A stretch of DNA of 64,000 bases. Source: the human T2T-CHM13v2.0 reference genome, Homo sapiens. The stretch's first letter is position 1; every line of letters starts with the position of its first letter. Positions 60,953 to 64,000 of this stretch are shown here, one piece after another. Location of the stretch: NCBI RefSeq assembly GCF_009914755.1, contig NC_060947.1; one strand, given 5' to 3'. The notes under the pieces were generated by a model that did no database searches, was not told the DNA's origin, and saw only the letters and a program-made list of their open reading frames with translations. Position numbers and translations under genes: made by a program.

Positions 60953-62073
60953 CTCAGGTTCTGCAACAGAAGCTGACATCCAATATATAGGAGTAGATAC
61001 TGAGGACGAAGAAGGAGGCAAACACACTGTATGACAAAAAATCATGGTGCACAAAATTATATTCATGGTACAGAAAATTCCATTTTTAGTACAATGTAGA
61101 CAACGATGGTGCATTTTCACAAATCATGATGAATGAGCAGAAGACCATAGCTAAAGGGCATAAGCACATTCATACAACCATGGAAAATTAGCCAGGGCTC
61201 ACTTAGAGCCAAGAGACATCTTATGAGAAAATAATCATAAGTGGAGACCTCATAGATGGATATAGTACAAGATCAAAACATCTCAATACATGAATGATTA
61301 TTTCAAATGTAGGTGGCAAAGGTGCATAGAGGACCCACCGTGTAACATGTTCAGACAAAAGTTGATGAAAGCCATTAGTGATATTTGACTGTTTGATCTT
61401 GACTTACACAGGTACACAAAAGTAGTTTACACTATTACGTAGCATTTATGCCAAAGGAGCTAAGAGGCATAGATAGATACAGCACACAAACTTGTTTTCG
61501 GAGAATAAAACCATGCTGTGGTGCTTACTTAGACAGATATTGTGCCTTATACAAGAGCCACGGTACAGGGGTAAACAGCTTTGTCCATGAGTAGATGTCA
61601 GATATGTCAAAAGAGACCTGACACCATATACTCAGATGACCATTGCATGAACAGCCACCACTAGTATTTGGGCATTTGACTATGATGGCTACCTACACAA
61701 TCCCACGACATAAAGTAAAAGAATGATACAGGAGCAGGTAGACATGAAACCATGATTACCAAAACGGATATGGTTGGTGATTAAAAATCATTATTTTCTT
61801 TAGTCTGGGAGAAGATGGCAATGATTAAACGGGTGAAGTTATGATATATGCTGAAACAGCCATGTTGCATGAACAGCCATCACATCATAGGCATTTAAGC
61901 ATTTGACTGATGTACAATTAGAAAGCCCAGTGACATGAGATAACATCTGTCTTTTTGGAACAGATAAACAATGTGCAGAAAAAGGCAGAAGTGATCTAAG
62001 AGTAGAGAGTCATAGAATATGAGTAAATACTAAACTCATATACACGATGCATAAAACACTATTTCCCTGTAAA

Positions 62074-62182
62074 GCAGTAGACAATGAAGGTTCCTGCTCA
62101 GAAACCATGGGGTATGAGCAGACAAGCATGCTGCATGCTCAGACAACCATGGTGCATGAGCAAAAACCTACAATATAAAAGC
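62074..62182 (-). ncRNA. MIR767: microRNA 767 precursor hairpin (5p 62134-62156, 3p 62100-62122)
   Basis: The minus strand contains UGCACCAUGGUUGUCUGAGCAUG and UCUGCUCAUACCCCAUGGUUUCU, between the two miR-105 copies. Confidence 0.97.
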
Positions 62183-62724
62183 AGGTGGGTGTGATACAAG
62201 AGTGAATAACACAATGAGGAATATGCCCAGATGGACAGGACATATGAATAAAGGAAACATAACACATGAATACAACTTATTTAGGCAAACAGCATATGAC
62301 AATGATGCTGGAGGAGATATCATGGCACATACTCAGGCAATCATGGTGCATGAGCAACTAACACTAATATTTGACTGTTAAACCACGATGTACACCCAGA
62401 TATCCCAACAAAAATAAGCTGATGACCATAATATAGGAGCAGATGAACAAGGATATTGAAGAAGATGCTGATAATAAAATAGCAGAAAACGATAGTGCAG
62501 TAGCTAATAGAATACTACAGATGGCAACGATTCAAATGACTGCCATGGCATATACTTATATAATGATGCTTTAAACACTATCACAAGTATCAGCATTTGA
62601 CCATAATGCACACTTAGAGAACTCCAGAATTTGAGCTGACAATTATTATACACGATCAAGGGACACAGTATCATTATCATCATTGTCATGTCATCATCAT
62701 CATCATCATTGTTATCATCATCAT

Positions 62725-62935
62725 CACTACCTGCCAGGCAGTATTAAAAATATTTTATGTATAATAGCTTATACAATCCTCACAATAACCTTACTACTTT
62801 TTTTGTCATTTTGCAGGAAACTGAAGCATGAAGATACGAATTGATGTGTCCATTTCATGAACTGATGTGTCCAAGATCTCATAGCTAGTAAGTGGATAAT
62901 CCAGGATTCAAATTCAGTCATTTTGGCTCCACTAT
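62725..62935 (-). mobile_element. MIR within the repeat array, with (CAT)n microsatellite tail at ~62670-62727
   Basis: tgccaggcag...aatcctcacaataacc...ggaaactgaagc...agctagtaagtgg...caggattcaaa. Confidence 0.85.
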
Positions 62936-63064
62936 CCATTATTGTAAATATGACAATAAATGACAATATGCTGTGATTCTTCTGACAGACATGATACCAG
63001 ATTTTAAAACAGAGCAGAAAAATGAGTGGCTTTGTTCCAGAAGCAGATGGCAATGTTGCAAAAG

Positions 63065-63145
63065 TAGACACCATAGCACATGCTCAAACATCCGTGGTGC
63101 ATAAGCAGCCACCACAGGAGTCTGAGCATTTGACCACGATGCACA
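63065..63145 (-). ncRNA. MIR105-2: microRNA 105-2 precursor hairpin (5p 63111-63133)
   Basis: Second 81-nt copy with the same mature 5p; two substitutions relative to 60872-60952. Confidence 0.97.
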
Positions 63146-64000
63146 CACAGAAGATCTGCAACATGAGCTGATACCAGGTTATAGGGAGTAGACAGATGAC
63201 AAAGGACAGAGAAAACTCATCACAATAGTGAAAGACATGGTGTAGAAATTAATATACATAGTACAAAATACTCATTCCCAGTACAAGTAGACAATGATTG
63301 TGTATTTTCACACAAGTGTGGTGTTTAAGTTTAAATACGTAGTACAACTTCAATCACAGTATATGAGCACAAATTCATTATGTATGTTTATATTATCATG
63401 GAGAATAGGTCAATTCATACATGAAAAAGGGGATAGATATGGTATCCCAGCAAAGAATCACAGAGTAAAAACTGCTCAGGTGATACAAAAAATACGGGTA
63501 TGTATGGCATTTTGTCAAAAAGAAGATCAAAATAATACAGGATGTTCAGATGAATAAGATGCCAAAAAGCATGTTTTAATATGTGTTCATGAGGTCCAGT
63601 CAGACACCTACAGGACATAGGCTATCAATTATGACACAGGTGCAGATGGACATGATATGGAAATAAAACATGGTGTGATTCTTACTTGGGTAGATATGGT
63701 ATGTAATCAAAAATAACCATGCAAGCAATTAATGACTTTGGCCCAAGAGAAGATGACAGTGGTACAAAAAAAAGACTCACATGGACATAATGACTCATAA
63801 AAAAAATAACCATGGTGATTGACTCTACACATTTGTGTTTGGGCATGATATAAATCCAAACGATCCCATTACACAAACTAACAGCTATGATACAGTTAGT
63901 AAGCATGATACAGGAACAGACAGCAAATATGGAGAAAATACCCATTCTGCAGGAGCCAGTGACCACAATTCAGGAACTAATATTCATGTTATTAAAGTTA

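Larger units (their letters stand above)
56900..64000. repeat. Ancient degenerate 21-bp tandem repeat with ~1.1-kb higher-order structure, hosting MIR105-1/MIR767/MIR105-2
   Basis: Recurrent CATGCTCAGACAACCATGGTG / CATGAGCAGACAA.CATG.TG-like units in phase, e.g. starts at 60803, 60824, 60845, 60866, 60886, 60907, 60928, 60949 and at 62072, 62093, 62113, 62134, 62155, 62176, 62197. Confidence 0.85.

Noticed and set aside
60707-63148. Minus-strand ORFs sharing the peptide CASWSNAQTPVVAA
   Set aside because: They are incidental translations of the duplicated miR-105 hairpins, with no conserved start, stop or frame outside them.
56900-64000. 21-bp period as a current 7-amino-acid coding repeat (e.g. 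HAQTTMV/HEQTTMV on the plus strand)
   Set aside because: Frequent 20-nt units, stops and TE insertions break all frames. A very ancient coding origin cannot be excluded without outgroup sequence.
56900-64000. Repeat-spacer appearance resembling a CRISPR array
   Set aside because: This is mammalian DNA with no cas genes. The repeats are degenerate and the intervening sequence is itself made of the same unit.

Overview
Human genomic DNA (a human-specific pre-Ta L1HS is present) from inside the GABA-A receptor alpha-3 gene GABRA3 (Xq28), transcribed on the minus strand. The window holds coding exon 2 (33095-33260, ATG at 33234), coding exon 3 (14245-14366), all of intron 2 and parts of introns 1 and 3. 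Intron 1 carries MIR105-1, MIR767 and MIR105-2. Most of the rest is transposon-derived: L1 of many ages, Alu, L2, MIR, Tigger1, MADE2 and LTRs. The main unexpected observation is that the three miRNAs are the best-preserved parts of a large, highly degenerate, quasi-palindromic 21-bp tandem repeat, consensus about CATG(CT/AG)CAGACAACCATGGTG. It spans about 56.9-64 kb and recurs at about 34.5-36.1 kb. It is organised into ~1.1-kb higher-order units and contains well over a dozen decayed miR-105/miR-767-like hairpin paralogues. Secondary observations are poly(A)-less internal L1 fragments with target-site duplications, five twin-primed L1s, a probable 3' transduction and two locally templated insertions. 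All calls were made by eye, so repeat subfamily names and boundaries are approximate.
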